Assembly: GCA_963663225.1 (NCBI GenBank)
Contig: OY760142.1
Location: 2,176,001 to 2,240,000 of the forward strand
From: Nitrospirota bacterium
GTDB taxonomy: Bacteria; Nitrospirota; UBA9217
Reading direction: 5' to 3'
DNA: 64,000 nucleotides
The position numbers and the translations under genes were made by a program. Below the pieces are notes generated by a model. It ran no database searches and was not told the origin of the DNA. It saw only the letters and a program-made list of their open reading frames with translations. How positions within the stretch are numbered: position 1 is the first letter of the stretch; every line of letters starts with the position of its first letter. Positions 46,082-56,710 of this stretch are shown here, one piece after another.

Positions 46082-46942
46082 TTGAACAATAGATCTCTGA
46101 TATTCCTTTCGATGTTCCTTGCTGTGATAGCTGTTCTATTTAACATGTCAGCAAAGAAACAGCCTGCAGACGACGAGGCAAAAATGTTTGAGTTTATGAA
46201 TCAACCACTTCAGTGGCGGGGAAAACCTGCACCTGACTTTACTATTGATTGCCTGAATAACGAAAAATTCATTTTTTCGGAGCATGTAGGCAAAAAAGTA
46301 GTTATCCTTAATTTTTTTGCAACGTGGTGTAATCCGTGCAAAGAAGAAATGCACGAACTTGTCCGTTTCTATGAAATGCACAGAAAAGACCCGGTAGTTT
46401 TCATCGGTATCAACGCGAATGAATCAGAAAACGCAGTCAGCAGCTTTATTCGTGATTTCTCCATAACATACCCTGTCGCAATTGATAAGAAGAACAGGTT
46501 GCAGAAACTATTTTCAGTCAGGTCCTTTCCTACCACTATATTCATCGGCGCGGACGGCGTTGTCCATATTTATGAAGTTGGACAGATCAAGAATGCCGAC
46601 ATCGCTTTTGACGAACCGCTGAAAACAGGCATGGAAACAATAAAAGCCGGCGCAGGTATTACGAAGGAAGGTTTTTTGGTAAAGTTGGAAGCAGAGAAGA
46701 AAAAAAATGCGACAGAGACCACGCCGAGGGCGAATGAGGAATCAACTGAACCGTCGATCACCGGCCGGGCAAAAACCATAGTTGAAAAAATGCGCTGCCC
46801 CTGCGGATGTTCCCATACCGTCATGGACTGTACCTGTTCGACGGCAAAAGATATCAAAGAGCAACTTAAGAAACGCGACATCTCAAGCATGACAGATGCC
46901 GATCTCATCAAATCCCTTAATCAGGAGTTTTGCATGAAATGA
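46082..46942 (+). CDS. TlpA-family thiol-disulfide oxidoreductase with C-terminal Cys-rich (CcmH-like) domain
   Basis: N-terminal anchor; APDF, NFFATWCNPCKEE, FPTT; tail MRCPCGCSHTVMDCTCSTA; TTG start with GGAGG RBS. Confidence 0.85.
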   Translation: MNNRSLIFLSMFLAVIAVLFNMSAKKQPADDEAKMFEFMNQPLQWRGKPAPDFTIDCLNNEKFIFSEHVGKKVVILNFFATWCNPCKEEMHELVRFYEMHRKDPVVFIGINANESENAVSSFIRDFSITYPVAIDKKNRLQKLFSVRSFPTTIFIGADGVVHIYEVGQIKNADIAFDEPLKTGMETIKAGAGITKEGFLVKLEAEKKKNATETTPRANEESTEPSITGRAKTIVEKMRCPCGCSHTVMDCTCSTAKDIKEQLKKRDISSMTDADLIKSLNQEFCMK

Positions 46943-47841
46943 TACTACATGCCGAAAACGTTTTGGTGAATTTTAACAGGGGTGCTTTCAGAAAAAAAAT
47001 AAAAGCCCTGGACGACTTCTCCCTTTCCGTCCAAGAAGGAGATATCTTTGCCCTTCTCGGGCCCAACGGTGCGGGCAAATCAACAGCCATGTATTGTTTC
47101 CTCGGCCTTATCCGCCCGAACAATGGTGTCATATCGGTCCTTGGTAGACAACCTGAGCTCGGTTCCGACCTGTTTGGTAGGATAGCATACCTGCCGGAAG
47201 AGCCTCACTATCATCTCTACCTTACCGTAGAAGAAGCAGTTACGTATTATGTGCGGCTTTATGGAAATGGTCTGGACAGCAGGCGTGTGCGCATGGTGCT
47301 TGAACGCGTCGGCATGGCCGAGTTTCGAGATCTGAGGCTTTCGAAGTGCTCCAAAGGTATGAAACAGAAGGTCGGCATCGCTCAATGCCTTCTCAACGAA
47401 CCAGAACTTATTTTCCTTGATGAACCGACGCGGGGACTGGATCCCATCGCGGTCAAGGAGTTGAGGGCCATCCTTAGTGAAATGAATAAAAAAGGAACAA
47501 CGATTGTCTTTAATTCACATGTGCTTTCCGAAATTGAAATGATCTGCAACAGGGCGGCCATCATGAATCAGGGAAAAGTCATAGCACAGGACGAGATGAA
47601 CCGTTTGCGTGGCATGGGCCTCGAGACCTATCAAGTCGAATTTGATCAACTGGATCCCGTTCCGGACTATGTAAATATTATAGTCAAGTCTCCTACTACT
47701 ATTAAAGGTGAGATTCCGGCAGAAAGATTGAAAGACTTTGTACAGCTGGTGGATGGTTCAGGACACAAGCTGTATGAATGTTCGCTTAAAAAGATGTCGC
47801 TTGAGTATTCCTTTTTCAATATTTTAAAAGGAGGCGCTTGA
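46939..47841 (+). CDS. ABC transporter ATP-binding protein
   Basis: GPNGAGKS, SKGMKQ, LDEPTRGLD; ATGA overlap with the upstream stop. Confidence 0.93.
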   Translation: MILHAENVLVNFNRGAFRKKIKALDDFSLSVQEGDIFALLGPNGAGKSTAMYCFLGLIRPNNGVISVLGRQPELGSDLFGRIAYLPEEPHYHLYLTVEEAVTYYVRLYGNGLDSRRVRMVLERVGMAEFRDLRLSKCSKGMKQKVGIAQCLLNEPELIFLDEPTRGLDPIAVKELRAILSEMNKKGTTIVFNSHVLSEIEMICNRAAIMNQGKVIAQDEMNRLRGMGLETYQVEFDQLDPVPDYVNIIVKSPTTIKGEIPAERLKDFVQLVDGSGHKLYECSLKKMSLEYSFFNILKGGA

Positions 47842-47842
47842 C

Positions 47843-48655
47843 GTGTATCAACAGCTTTTGGCAAATATGAGTACAAATCTTATTTTTTATCGGCGGAATA
47901 AACTCTTAATAGCCGCGTCGATTTTTGTCACACTTGTCCTTGGACTTACCGCGCTGCCCGCATTGTTCTTCTCATCACAAACACAGCACCTAGAGCAGCT
48001 AAACATGGTGTTCACGCATGTAAACCAGCTGGCGATGTGCATTGCCGCCGGGATCGGCCTGCTGATGGTCTCTCAGCATATTAAAGACCGTTCAATAAAA
48101 ATGGTTTTCACCAAACCCTGCCTTCCAGAAATATGGCTTTTATCAAGCTTCCTTTCTGCAGCGTTCCTTGCATTCCTGCTCTATTGTGGATCGATCCTGA
48201 TCGCGTCTGTTCTTGCTTCCGTCTGGAAGATGCCATTTCCCCTGGGAATTTTTTACATTACCCTCAACGAGTTTTTTCAGACCGTGAGCATCATTGCGTA
48301 TGTTACTTTTCTTTCAGTTATTTTCCATCCAGTTCTTGCTCTTATGTTCCTCTTTGTTTTTCATGAAAGTTTGTTTTACTGGCTCAAGATTCTGATTGCC
48401 AGCGGAATTAAAGCGGCCAGCGCGAATGCTTTCATTCCGTTGTTGAAATTTCTCAAGGTGCTTGTGGATACTATATATATGATTCTTCCCACCTTCAGTC
48501 CTTATGCAGAGAAGACACATCAGGTTTATTCAAGCCTTAGGGGTTCCGACGGAGACTGGAGCATCTTGCTGCTGAATATTAGCTATTCGCTGATTCTTAC
48601 AACGTTGTTTTACTTGCTAACAGTCTATGTGCTGAAAAAAAAGCGGTATGTTTAG
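47843..48655 (+). CDS. ABC-2-type transporter permease
   Basis: About 6 TM helices; follows the ATPase by 1 nt. Confidence 0.8.
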   Translation: MYQQLLANMSTNLIFYRRNKLLIAASIFVTLVLGLTALPALFFSSQTQHLEQLNMVFTHVNQLAMCIAAGIGLLMVSQHIKDRSIKMVFTKPCLPEIWLLSSFLSAAFLAFLLYCGSILIASVLASVWKMPFPLGIFYITLNEFFQTVSIIAYVTFLSVIFHPVLALMFLFVFHESLFYWLKILIASGIKAASANAFIPLLKFLKVLVDTIYMILPTFSPYAEKTHQVYSSLRGSDGDWSILLLNISYSLILTTLFYLLTVYVLKKKRYV

Positions 48656-48810
48656 GAATATAGAAATTATTTGCTGTGAACACGTGTGTAAAGACAAAGT
48701 TCCTGAATATACTGATCTGCAATAAAACTAAAATTAGCAGCTTTGCTGTGAAGAGAGAACGTGCTGCAATTTGCACAAACAGGGAAACAATTTGATTGGA
48801 GAAAATGGAT

Positions 48811-50688
48811 ATGAAAACAATTATTGCAACAGTGTTGGCGGCAGTTCTCATTTCAACGAGTGCTCAGGCAGAAAGCGGCAAGGTTGTCCCTTACGCCGGC
48901 AATTATAAATATGAAAGATATCATGGCAATTATGACGTCAACGCCGATGGAACCCATACCGAAACACATGACATCATTATTGGCATACTTACAGAAGAGG
49001 GCGTAAAATCATCCAACCAGGCAAATATCAGCTACAGCGAGAGTCTGGAGGAGGCTGTCCTGCTTTCTGCTTATACGCTTAAAAAAGACGGTCGCCGTAT
49101 TGACGTCCCACCGGCAAATATTAAGGAACGTGAGGCTTATGCCGGAGGTGGTCCGATGTATAGTGATATAAAAACGAAAGTTATCATTTTCCCTGATGTC
49201 GCTGCTGGAGATAAAGTGGGTTACTCATACAAAATTATCCAGAAACAGGCATATTTCCCAGGGCACTTTTCTATAACCCAAACATATTCGAAGTTCATAG
49301 TCTATGATGACGTCCGGGTCAAGGTAACCGCTCCCGTAAATACCCTCAAGCTGCAAGTTTTTTCCGCCGGTGTCCAGGGGGGACGCACAAAAGATGAAAA
49401 TGGCAGAATGCAGTGGGTCTGGACTTATAGAAACAACGAAATCGCAACTCCTGAATATGGGTCAGTTGATCCGATAGATTATGGGCCCCGAGTTATCGTC
49501 TCTTCATTTAAAGATTATGGCGCTGTTGCGGCAGCATATGAAAAACGGGCCAGACCAAAGGCTGTCGTAACGGACAGAATCCGAGTCTTAGCCGAAGCAA
49601 TCACACACGGTATGAAGAGTCAGCGGGAACAGGCAAAAGCGCTTTATACCTGGGTTTCAAAAAATATCAACTATGCAGGGAATTGCATTGGGACCGGTTC
49701 TATTGTGCCGCATGACACTGACATGATTCTTGACAACAAACTGGGTGACTGCAAAGACCATGCGGTGTTATTGCAGGCGCTTCTTGCTGCCAAAGGTATA
49801 GAAAGTACGCAGGTTCTGATAAATGCCGGATCAAGCTTCAAGCTGCCCGAAGTTCCCTCAATGCATGTTCTTAATCATGTTATAAATTATATTCCCAGCC
49901 TTGATCTTTATGCAGACGCCACCTCCAAGCATATTCCTTTCGGATTATTACCCATGCATGAATCTGGAAAACCCGCAGTCCATACGGCCGATTTCACCGG
50001 TATTCACAAGACACCGTCTTCCAACTTCAAAATAAATACGTCAACCATGAAAATGATCATACACATTCACGAGGACGGTTCCGCGGACGGCGAGACAGTC
50101 AACGAGGAAACGGGCATATTATCGAGTGGTATGAAAGCATATATGGCTCACGTGGAGCCGAACATGGAGGATTATATAGTGCGGAGTATTATTGCACGAA
50201 GCGGGTTTACCGGAACCGGCACTCTGATCAAGGGAGATTTTCAGGACTTATCAGACCGATATATCTATGGCGCCAAATACCATATCACGAACATAGCAAA
50301 CATGCCCGGGCCGGGCGGCTTTCTTATTACGCCCATTTTTTCGCATGTTTTACCGCTCACCTATGCCACGGCCATACTTAGTACCCCGAAACAGACTATA
50401 GACAGCATTTGTTTCGGTGGTATTTCCTCCGAGGAATATGTTTTTGTTTTTCCGAAAAACGTCAAAATCCTTACTCTTCCCAAGGATGTGCATTTTGACA
50501 ATGGCGAAGAACGGTATGATTCAACTTATCGACAGGAAGGCAAAAAAATTACAGTCGTTCGCAAACTGGAAGACAGGACCCCGGGACCCGTCTGCACTCC
50601 GCAAGATGTGAACGGATTCCGGCTGTACGCTGAAAAAATTTTCAAGGATCTCCGGTCACAAATTATTTACCAGCCCGCATCGGAATAG
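48811..50688 (+). CDS. DUF3857 / transglutaminase-like domain secreted protein
   Basis: Signal peptide; GDCKDHA, NHVI.Y and DAT catalytic-triad motifs. Confidence 0.88.
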   Translation: MKTIIATVLAAVLISTSAQAESGKVVPYAGNYKYERYHGNYDVNADGTHTETHDIIIGILTEEGVKSSNQANISYSESLEEAVLLSAYTLKKDGRRIDVPPANIKEREAYAGGGPMYSDIKTKVIIFPDVAAGDKVGYSYKIIQKQAYFPGHFSITQTYSKFIVYDDVRVKVTAPVNTLKLQVFSAGVQGGRTKDENGRMQWVWTYRNNEIATPEYGSVDPIDYGPRVIVSSFKDYGAVAAAYEKRARPKAVVTDRIRVLAEAITHGMKSQREQAKALYTWVSKNINYAGNCIGTGSIVPHDTDMILDNKLGDCKDHAVLLQALLAAKGIESTQVLINAGSSFKLPEVPSMHVLNHVINYIPSLDLYADATSKHIPFGLLPMHESGKPAVHTADFTGIHKTPSSNFKINTSTMKMIIHIHEDGSADGETVNEETGILSSGMKAYMAHVEPNMEDYIVRSIIARSGFTGTGTLIKGDFQDLSDRYIYGAKYHITNIANMPGPGGFLITPIFSHVLPLTYATAILSTPKQTIDSICFGGISSEEYVFVFPKNVKILTLPKDVHFDNGEERYDSTYRQEGKKITVVRKLEDRTPGPVCTPQDVNGFRLYAEKIFKDLRSQIIYQPASE

Positions 50689-50864
50689 CCGATGATACCT
50701 AGCGCGTGTGGAGTACACCGTCGAACAATGTCATTCTAGTTGCCAATTTCGCCTTTAAGCGTTCTTCTCAACTGACACCCTTTGATATCAGTCAGACGGT
50801 TCTATACGATGTTGCAATAAAAACCGATTTCTAGTCTGTTAACTCTCATGGCAGGAGGAGAATC

Positions 50865-53800
50865 ATGAACAAGGCCGTGATGCTGATAAAAGCTTCTAAA
50901 CAAATTTTCCCAAAAGGCATTATTCAAGCAAGCAGATTTATTTTTCTTTTTCTATTACTTTCTACAGGCTGTTTTTCCGTACAGGAAGCATGGAGCGAAG
51001 AAGCCGAAAAACTGGTTGTTGATCTTGATGCCGCACAGGTAAATATATATGAGGGAAGTGATTCTAAATCCACTATTTTTACGTTTGGCGGGAGTTATTT
51101 TCGCGGATTCTATCCAACTCATGAGTGGGAAATGCAAACGCTTACTCCCGACCAGTATCAGCTTAGCCATAAAAGCTGGAAGAACTTTTTCTGGAAGATT
51201 GATCGTGTCCAGAAAAAAGTGTGGCGTGTGAAAGGGACTGATTTAAAAAAGCAGGGAAGCGAAACAACGCTTTTACAAAACATTGTCGTAATCGCTCCGA
51301 ACGACATGTCAAAAAAAAGCTGGCCTCCGAACGCAGCACCGATAAACGGAACAGAAACAAAACGAAATTTTTCAGAAAACAATATCCTTAAGGAACTTCA
51401 GAAAAATGATCCGGGTTGGGGGCATTCTCTCCTGATATCACTAAAGATGGAATCACCACAGATGGTTCTTGATCCAAATGATTCTTCCGTGGAGGTATTA
51501 TTCGAAGATGCGATTATATCCGGCAAAGACGCCTCTGAAGTACGACACGTGAACGCCGATGTTTTTCAATTCCGCTTTACGAATAACAGGCCATTATATT
51601 GGCAAATCAATGTCAAAAGCTTGAGACTGCTTGAGTCATGGCAGGGTAATTTTGGTTTTCTCGGCGGCCGTCTTTCCTCACTTCCAGAAAAAGTTCATTT
51701 GGAAGACCACAAAGCTAATGCTCCAAAGAACGGTGTCACAGGCGATCTTACGATGGCCCGCTATCGGGAAAAATCGTCGCAATCAACCTGGCAGGATTCC
51801 GAAAAAAAATTGAATGAAGCTATTCTACTGAAAAAATCCTACGATATACTGATTGTTCCGTTTCAAGTCAACGGTTACGCAATTGACCGCGTTGATCGCT
51901 CCTTGATGACAAGGTACCTGGATCAGGCTATTGTGTCATTGACGGATTACAAAACACCCAGCCCTACGCTGGTTACGCGGACTTTGGGTGAAGGCGCCCG
52001 CACATATAATGATTATGATATTTTCCAACTGGCCAATAAACTTGATGTTAAACAAATCATACGGGGCTATGTCGGGCACAATTTAAATCAACGAATGTCT
52101 GTAACACTCCTCGTCCAGACAAGAAACAACGGGGAATACTTTTCTCCCGCGACAAAAATCGTAAAATATGAATGGCGCGATATCCTAATCTCTGATGAGC
52201 GTACTCCGGCGGAAGCGTTTGAAAGCATACTACATGATGTGACCGAGCGCCTTTTGCCACAAAAAGCCCTCAAAAGAACGAAAAAAATTATCTCCGAAGA
52301 ACCCACCGTCACCTTGCCTCCGGACATCCTGAAGCTGTCGGCAGATTATCAATCACCGTTAATTCGCGCATACTATCTTCAATTGCTCGGCATGTTGCAT
52401 CCGGAACAATCTATCGCCAAGGAACAGCTTTTTGCGCGGTCATTGACCGCCCTGCGGGAACTGGCTCCGCAATCATCTGCGTTTAAAGTTCTCAAGGCGC
52501 GCGCATTATTCTATCTGTACCGGCGTCCGGCTGCAGTCGCCGCTCTAGGCAGTCCAAACAATGCCGAAGAACGTGCTTTTTTAGCGGTGCTGAACGGGGA
52601 TATCCTGTCGCTCAAACAGGGAATGAAAGACATTCATGATCCTTTGGCCGGACTTATAGCCCAGATTGAGCTGTCAGATCTGTACTGGTCCTACAGCCCT
52701 GACCAAGCACCGATATTGGACAAAGAATCTGTTGTTAAGACATACCCTGGATGGGAAAAGATACTAACTCGGCGTCTTCAGCATCGAGACGGATGGATCG
52801 TGCAGTCCAATCTGGAAACAAAACATGAACTGGATAGTTTATTCTCGATTAAAGACTTTACCGCACGGGACATTCTCAAGACCAAAATTGCAACCGGAGA
52901 ACTCCGGGAGTACGATGATGACATCGTTTTTTCAGTTTATAATCATTACCACCGCTTGATGGAGACCCAGCCTGAATTTCTTCTTGCGCATGAATCAACT
53001 TCGGTTGTACAACGGGACATCCTTGATTTAATGGTTGCAGTCGGAGAATCCAATCTTCTAAAAATAATAAGACTGCGGCGGATGCAAGCCCTGAATGAAG
53101 AGATTATAGCTTTGATTGACAGCTATAAAATGATCTACCAGGGGCATCCCGAAATGGCACACCAAAAAGCGCTTGCGCTGTATAGTATGGCGTATGCCAG
53201 GCAGGGGCAGGCCAAGGAGAATTTACAGAAAGAAGCGGCACAACTGCAACGTGACGCCTGCTTCTGGTCACAGGGGCAGACATGGATTGCTTCACAAAGC
53301 TGTTTTCCGAACAGTTCTTACGATGCAGATTTCCCCCGCCGGTCATATTGGAAATTTTCAAATGACCCCAAAACACTGGCGGACAGGAAGTACGCAGGGT
53401 CACGTGAACATACGCAGCGCGACAACCTAATCATAACGAGCTTCGACCGAAATGAACTTATCAATAAGGAGCTCGCTCTTCTTTATACACAGACCGATTT
53501 TTCAAAACTGGCTGATTACCATAAGAAACTGAAAGAGATACGAATGGATGAAGAAGCTGATAACCTGCTGAAGAAAAACAATCAACGGTTTCTGGGCAAC
53601 TCCAGCAGAATATATTTTTACGCGAAACTGGCGGAGGACGCCGGAAACGTGAACCAGGCGAGAACGCTTTTTGAAGAAGCTATTCTTCTTCAGCCAAATG
53701 ACTGGAGCCCTTATCAAGGCCTGAGCTCTTTGCTAATACGCTCAGGTGACTACAGGGCCGCATCAAAAGCAGCACTGAGGTATCCTTTATTTGCAGCTCC

Positions 53801-55118
53801 AAAAAGTGGAAAAGTTGATCAAAATACCGATACTGTTGCCCTATCCAATCATGCCTATCACATCGGAAGCGACCTTTGGTGGACCGGTGCGCCGGAAGAG
53901 GCCAAACCACTGTTTCTTCTGTCCGCAGGCTACCAAACCGGTTCTGGAGCGGGAATGATCAGCGAGGCTTCTTTGGCTCTTATGGAGAGTGATTATCAGA
54001 AGGCGGCTCAAATTTATTTAAAAACTGCGAAACGCTACAATCAGCCAAGAAATTACTACTGGTACGCCGAATTGCTGCATGTTATGGGATTTCATAATGA
54101 AGCATGGTCTGTATTCTCTCAAACACAAAGCCGTTCAAATAATAATCTTGCGTGGAGTCCGGTTCTGATCGGCCATAGAATCGAAGGCAAAACGTCGGCT
54201 GAGCAACTCCGCTGGCTGAACGAACAGCCGGCAAGTGTACAGGCGTCACACGATGCCTACGAGTTTATTTTTCTCATTCACGCGCTCGATCGAACCCCCG
54301 GTACGAATCTTTCAAACCTGCTGCAGGAACACAAGAACTCGATCGAGCAATCAAAGCAGCAGCAACAATCCCCTGCTGTCCAGAAAATGAATCAGCAAAA
54401 CCCTGAACCTGACTATTCCGTCGCGTTAAAAAAGAATCTTGCACAAAAATTTGGAGAACCAGCCATGCCTTTTTCGGAAGGTTATGCATATCTGAAAAAA
54501 CGCCGCTTTTCAGACGCCTATGCAGCGCTCAAGGAGAGATTCCTGAATACTTGGATAAGAAAGGATATGTTCAGTTATGCGATCCCGTATCTTGCGTGGA
54601 GCGGCGCGAAGAGCGGAGCTTCAGCGGAAGTGGAACCATATCTGGCTAAATATAAAAAAGAACTAAATGACGATTTTGATTATTATCTTGCCATGGCTTT
54701 TTTGACGGGAAGCAAAAAAGAATACAACGAGTCAATCAAAAACCTTAAATCGGCTCGCAACCACCTGTTGAACGCAAACGGGAAGCGGTTTATGCCCGCA
54801 TGGTATCAGCTAATGGAAACATGCGAATGGCTTTATAATGACACGGATGTTGAAACGTATCGGGAACTGCTTCTTGAATTGTCACGCGCATATCAAAAAA
54901 TCAGGTCGATGGATTCATGGGCGTATGCATTCGAGGCGAAATACACGAAAATCGCTGCTGACCGTATGCGGGCTTTAGCCATGACGCTTTATTTGGACAA
55001 ACGATCAGAGCGTATTTCCCGGTTTTCCAATTCCGAGAAAAAAAATGCCAAGGAGTGGCTTGAAACGAACAACCCATTTCTTCAGCAAATCCCCAGCATT
55101 CACAAAACAGAAACATGA
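50865..55118 (+). CDS. Large exported protein (1417 aa) with duplicated N-terminal beta domain and TPR-like repeats
   Basis: AGGAGG RBS; hydrophobic N-terminus; TPR-like segments such as ARTLFEEAILLQPNDWSPYQGLSSLLIRSGDYRAA. Confidence 0.75.
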   Translation: MNKAVMLIKASKQIFPKGIIQASRFIFLFLLLSTGCFSVQEAWSEEAEKLVVDLDAAQVNIYEGSDSKSTIFTFGGSYFRGFYPTHEWEMQTLTPDQYQLSHKSWKNFFWKIDRVQKKVWRVKGTDLKKQGSETTLLQNIVVIAPNDMSKKSWPPNAAPINGTETKRNFSENNILKELQKNDPGWGHSLLISLKMESPQMVLDPNDSSVEVLFEDAIISGKDASEVRHVNADVFQFRFTNNRPLYWQINVKSLRLLESWQGNFGFLGGRLSSLPEKVHLEDHKANAPKNGVTGDLTMARYREKSSQSTWQDSEKKLNEAILLKKSYDILIVPFQVNGYAIDRVDRSLMTRYLDQAIVSLTDYKTPSPTLVTRTLGEGARTYNDYDIFQLANKLDVKQIIRGYVGHNLNQRMSVTLLVQTRNNGEYFSPATKIVKYEWRDILISDERTPAEAFESILHDVTERLLPQKALKRTKKIISEEPTVTLPPDILKLSADYQSPLIRAYYLQLLGMLHPEQSIAKEQLFARSLTALRELAPQSSAFKVLKARALFYLYRRPAAVAALGSPNNAEERAFLAVLNGDILSLKQGMKDIHDPLAGLIAQIELSDLYWSYSPDQAPILDKESVVKTYPGWEKILTRRLQHRDGWIVQSNLETKHELDSLFSIKDFTARDILKTKIATGELREYDDDIVFSVYNHYHRLMETQPEFLLAHESTSVVQRDILDLMVAVGESNLLKIIRLRRMQALNEEIIALIDSYKMIYQGHPEMAHQKALALYSMAYARQGQAKENLQKEAAQLQRDACFWSQGQTWIASQSCFPNSSYDADFPRRSYWKFSNDPKTLADRKYAGSREHTQRDNLIITSFDRNELINKELALLYTQTDFSKLADYHKKLKEIRMDEEADNLLKKNNQRFLGNSSRIYFYAKLAEDAGNVNQARTLFEEAILLQPNDWSPYQGLSSLLIRSGDYRAASKAALRYPLFAAPKSGKVDQNTDTVALSNHAYHIGSDLWWTGAPEEAKPLFLLSAGYQTGSGAGMISEASLALMESDYQKAAQIYLKTAKRYNQPRNYYWYAELLHVMGFHNEAWSVFSQTQSRSNNNLAWSPVLIGHRIEGKTSAEQLRWLNEQPASVQASHDAYEFIFLIHALDRTPGTNLSNLLQEHKNSIEQSKQQQQSPAVQKMNQQNPEPDYSVALKKNLAQKFGEPAMPFSEGYAYLKKRRFSDAYAALKERFLNTWIRKDMFSYAIPYLAWSGAKSGASAEVEPYLAKYKKELNDDFDYYLAMAFLTGSKKEYNESIKNLKSARNHLLNANGKRFMPAWYQLMETCEWLYNDTDVETYRELLLELSRAYQKIRSMDSWAYAFEAKYTKIAADRMRALAMTLYLDKRSERISRFSNSEKKNAKEWLETNNPFLQQIPSIHKTET

Positions 55119-55283
55119 CTGAGTGCTGACTTCAATTGATGTATCAGTTTAGTTTCTGAAACCTTGTAATATAAGTCCCATCAGAACTGTTCTACTCACA
55201 CGGCAGGGTGTCCTTCGGTTTCTGTCTAGAAAAATATTCTGTAATATAAGAATTTTTTGCTTTTTAAAAATACCTTATCCTTC

Positions 55284-55312
55284 TTGACAGCGCTTGACAG
55301 TATATATAAAGT
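55284..55312 (+). promoter_or_regulatory. Sigma70 promoter
   Basis: TTGACA-17 nt-TAAAGT. Confidence 0.6.
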
Positions 55313-55330
55313 AGCATGAATAAATTCAAC

Positions 55331-55341
55331 GGGGGGGGGGG
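55331..55341 (+). repeat. G11 homopolymer at the ribosome-binding position
   Basis: caac-GGGGGGGGGGG-tggaat-ATG. Confidence 0.9.
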
Positions 55342-55347
55342 TGGAAT

Positions 55348-55845
55348 ATGAAATATTTTTTATCAGTTATCGCTTTCAGTTTGGTTGTGTTCCTGGCTGT
55401 TCCCGCTTTTGCTGAAGAAAGTAATGCATCATTTGGAGCGAATCAGTTTAGAATCGGCGTCGGTGGCGGTATTCCCTATGGCGGCTGGGGTGTGAATGGT
55501 GAATATCGCTTCAATAAATATGTGTCCGCTTCCGCCGGACTCGGCGTTTGGAAACATGAATCGCCGGGTTTTGCCGTAGGCGCGATGTTCTACCCTTTTA
55601 AAAATGACGGATGGATCAGTCCGCGATTTTCCGCTTATTTTGGCAGAGTTTCGACGTATGATTGGGGTAATCCGACGGGACATACCTATCGAGCCGTATA
55701 TGGCGGCGCGGTGGGTCCCGGTTTTGAATGGCGCATCTATAAGAGGCTTACGTTTGGTTTGGATCTGTTCTATCTGGCAAAAAACGCACCTAACGGTTAC
55801 AGACACGGCATAGACGCTTCCGCAGGGTTTGGGATCACGTTCTAA
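55348..55845 (+). CDS. Small outer-membrane beta-barrel protein
   Basis: Signal peptide ending AFA; alternating aromatic/Gly strands; terminal AGFGITF. Confidence 0.75.
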   Translation: MKYFLSVIAFSLVVFLAVPAFAEESNASFGANQFRIGVGGGIPYGGWGVNGEYRFNKYVSASAGLGVWKHESPGFAVGAMFYPFKNDGWISPRFSAYFGRVSTYDWGNPTGHTYRAVYGGAVGPGFEWRIYKRLTFGLDLFYLAKNAPNGYRHGIDASAGFGITF

Positions 55846-55988
55846 ATATAGATTTAAACTTTTTTGGCTGATTGTTGTCCTGATCAAAATATTTATTGAC
55901 GGGAATACTTTCAGCCTTTTTTTGCTAGAACCACAGGGTATTAATATGGTAAAATTTATAAGTTTTTTCAGCCGAGGAGACACTATCA

Positions 55989-56612
55989 TTGGGAAACACA
56001 ACGTGGGAAGTCGGATTAACGTTTTCAATCGAGCTCTTCTACAAGAGCTATGTGCCTGCCAAACTGCTTGGATGGGAGGAAGGCGCATTTCTGATGACAA
56101 CGCCGGTCACCGCGCAAGGGGATCAGGCGGGTGTCAAGAGCAACGACACTATTAAAATGCGTTTTCTGAAAGAAGGGAACGCATACGGTTGCATAGCCGA
56201 AGTCATTCATATCCAGCACTATCCATTTCCTCTTATGTTCATCAAGTATCCCGCAAATATAGAGTGTGTGAAACTGAGAGTCTCACCGAGAATAAAAATC
56301 TATCTTCCCGCCATCTTGCATGACGCTTCGGGCGCTGTAGTCTCTCCTGACGCGACAATGCTTGATATCAGCGAAGGCGGCTGCAGGGTGGTAGTGCCGG
56401 CAAGGGAGGGGTTGAAGCTTTCCCCTGATGTTTCGTATGCGATCACGTTTCTGGCGCGCGACAAGGAATTCAAAGTGGCCTGCGACATGAAACAGCTGAA
56501 GGAGGAGACGGAATTTCACTCGCTTGGTTTGGAGTTCCGGAAAGATTCAGACCAGTTCAAACAGGAGCTGAGTTCGTTTCTCGACTTTCTGAGCAAATAT
56601 GCCCGGGCATAG
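55989..56612 (+). CDS. YcgR-like PilZ-domain c-di-GMP receptor
   Basis: RVSPR (RxxxR) and DISEGG (DxSxxG); TTG start with GAGGAG RBS. Confidence 0.85.
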   Translation: MGNTTWEVGLTFSIELFYKSYVPAKLLGWEEGAFLMTTPVTAQGDQAGVKSNDTIKMRFLKEGNAYGCIAEVIHIQHYPFPLMFIKYPANIECVKLRVSPRIKIYLPAILHDASGAVVSPDATMLDISEGGCRVVVPAREGLKLSPDVSYAITFLARDKEFKVACDMKQLKEETEFHSLGLEFRKDSDQFKQELSSFLDFLSKYARA

Positions 56613-56710
56613 TATGACGTGAGTTTGTTGCGTGGTTTCTTCAGAGAGGCGTCCCAAAATTCGGTACCATAAGCGGACGAGTAATAAAGGTGTCCAGGGT
56701 ATCGTGATTT

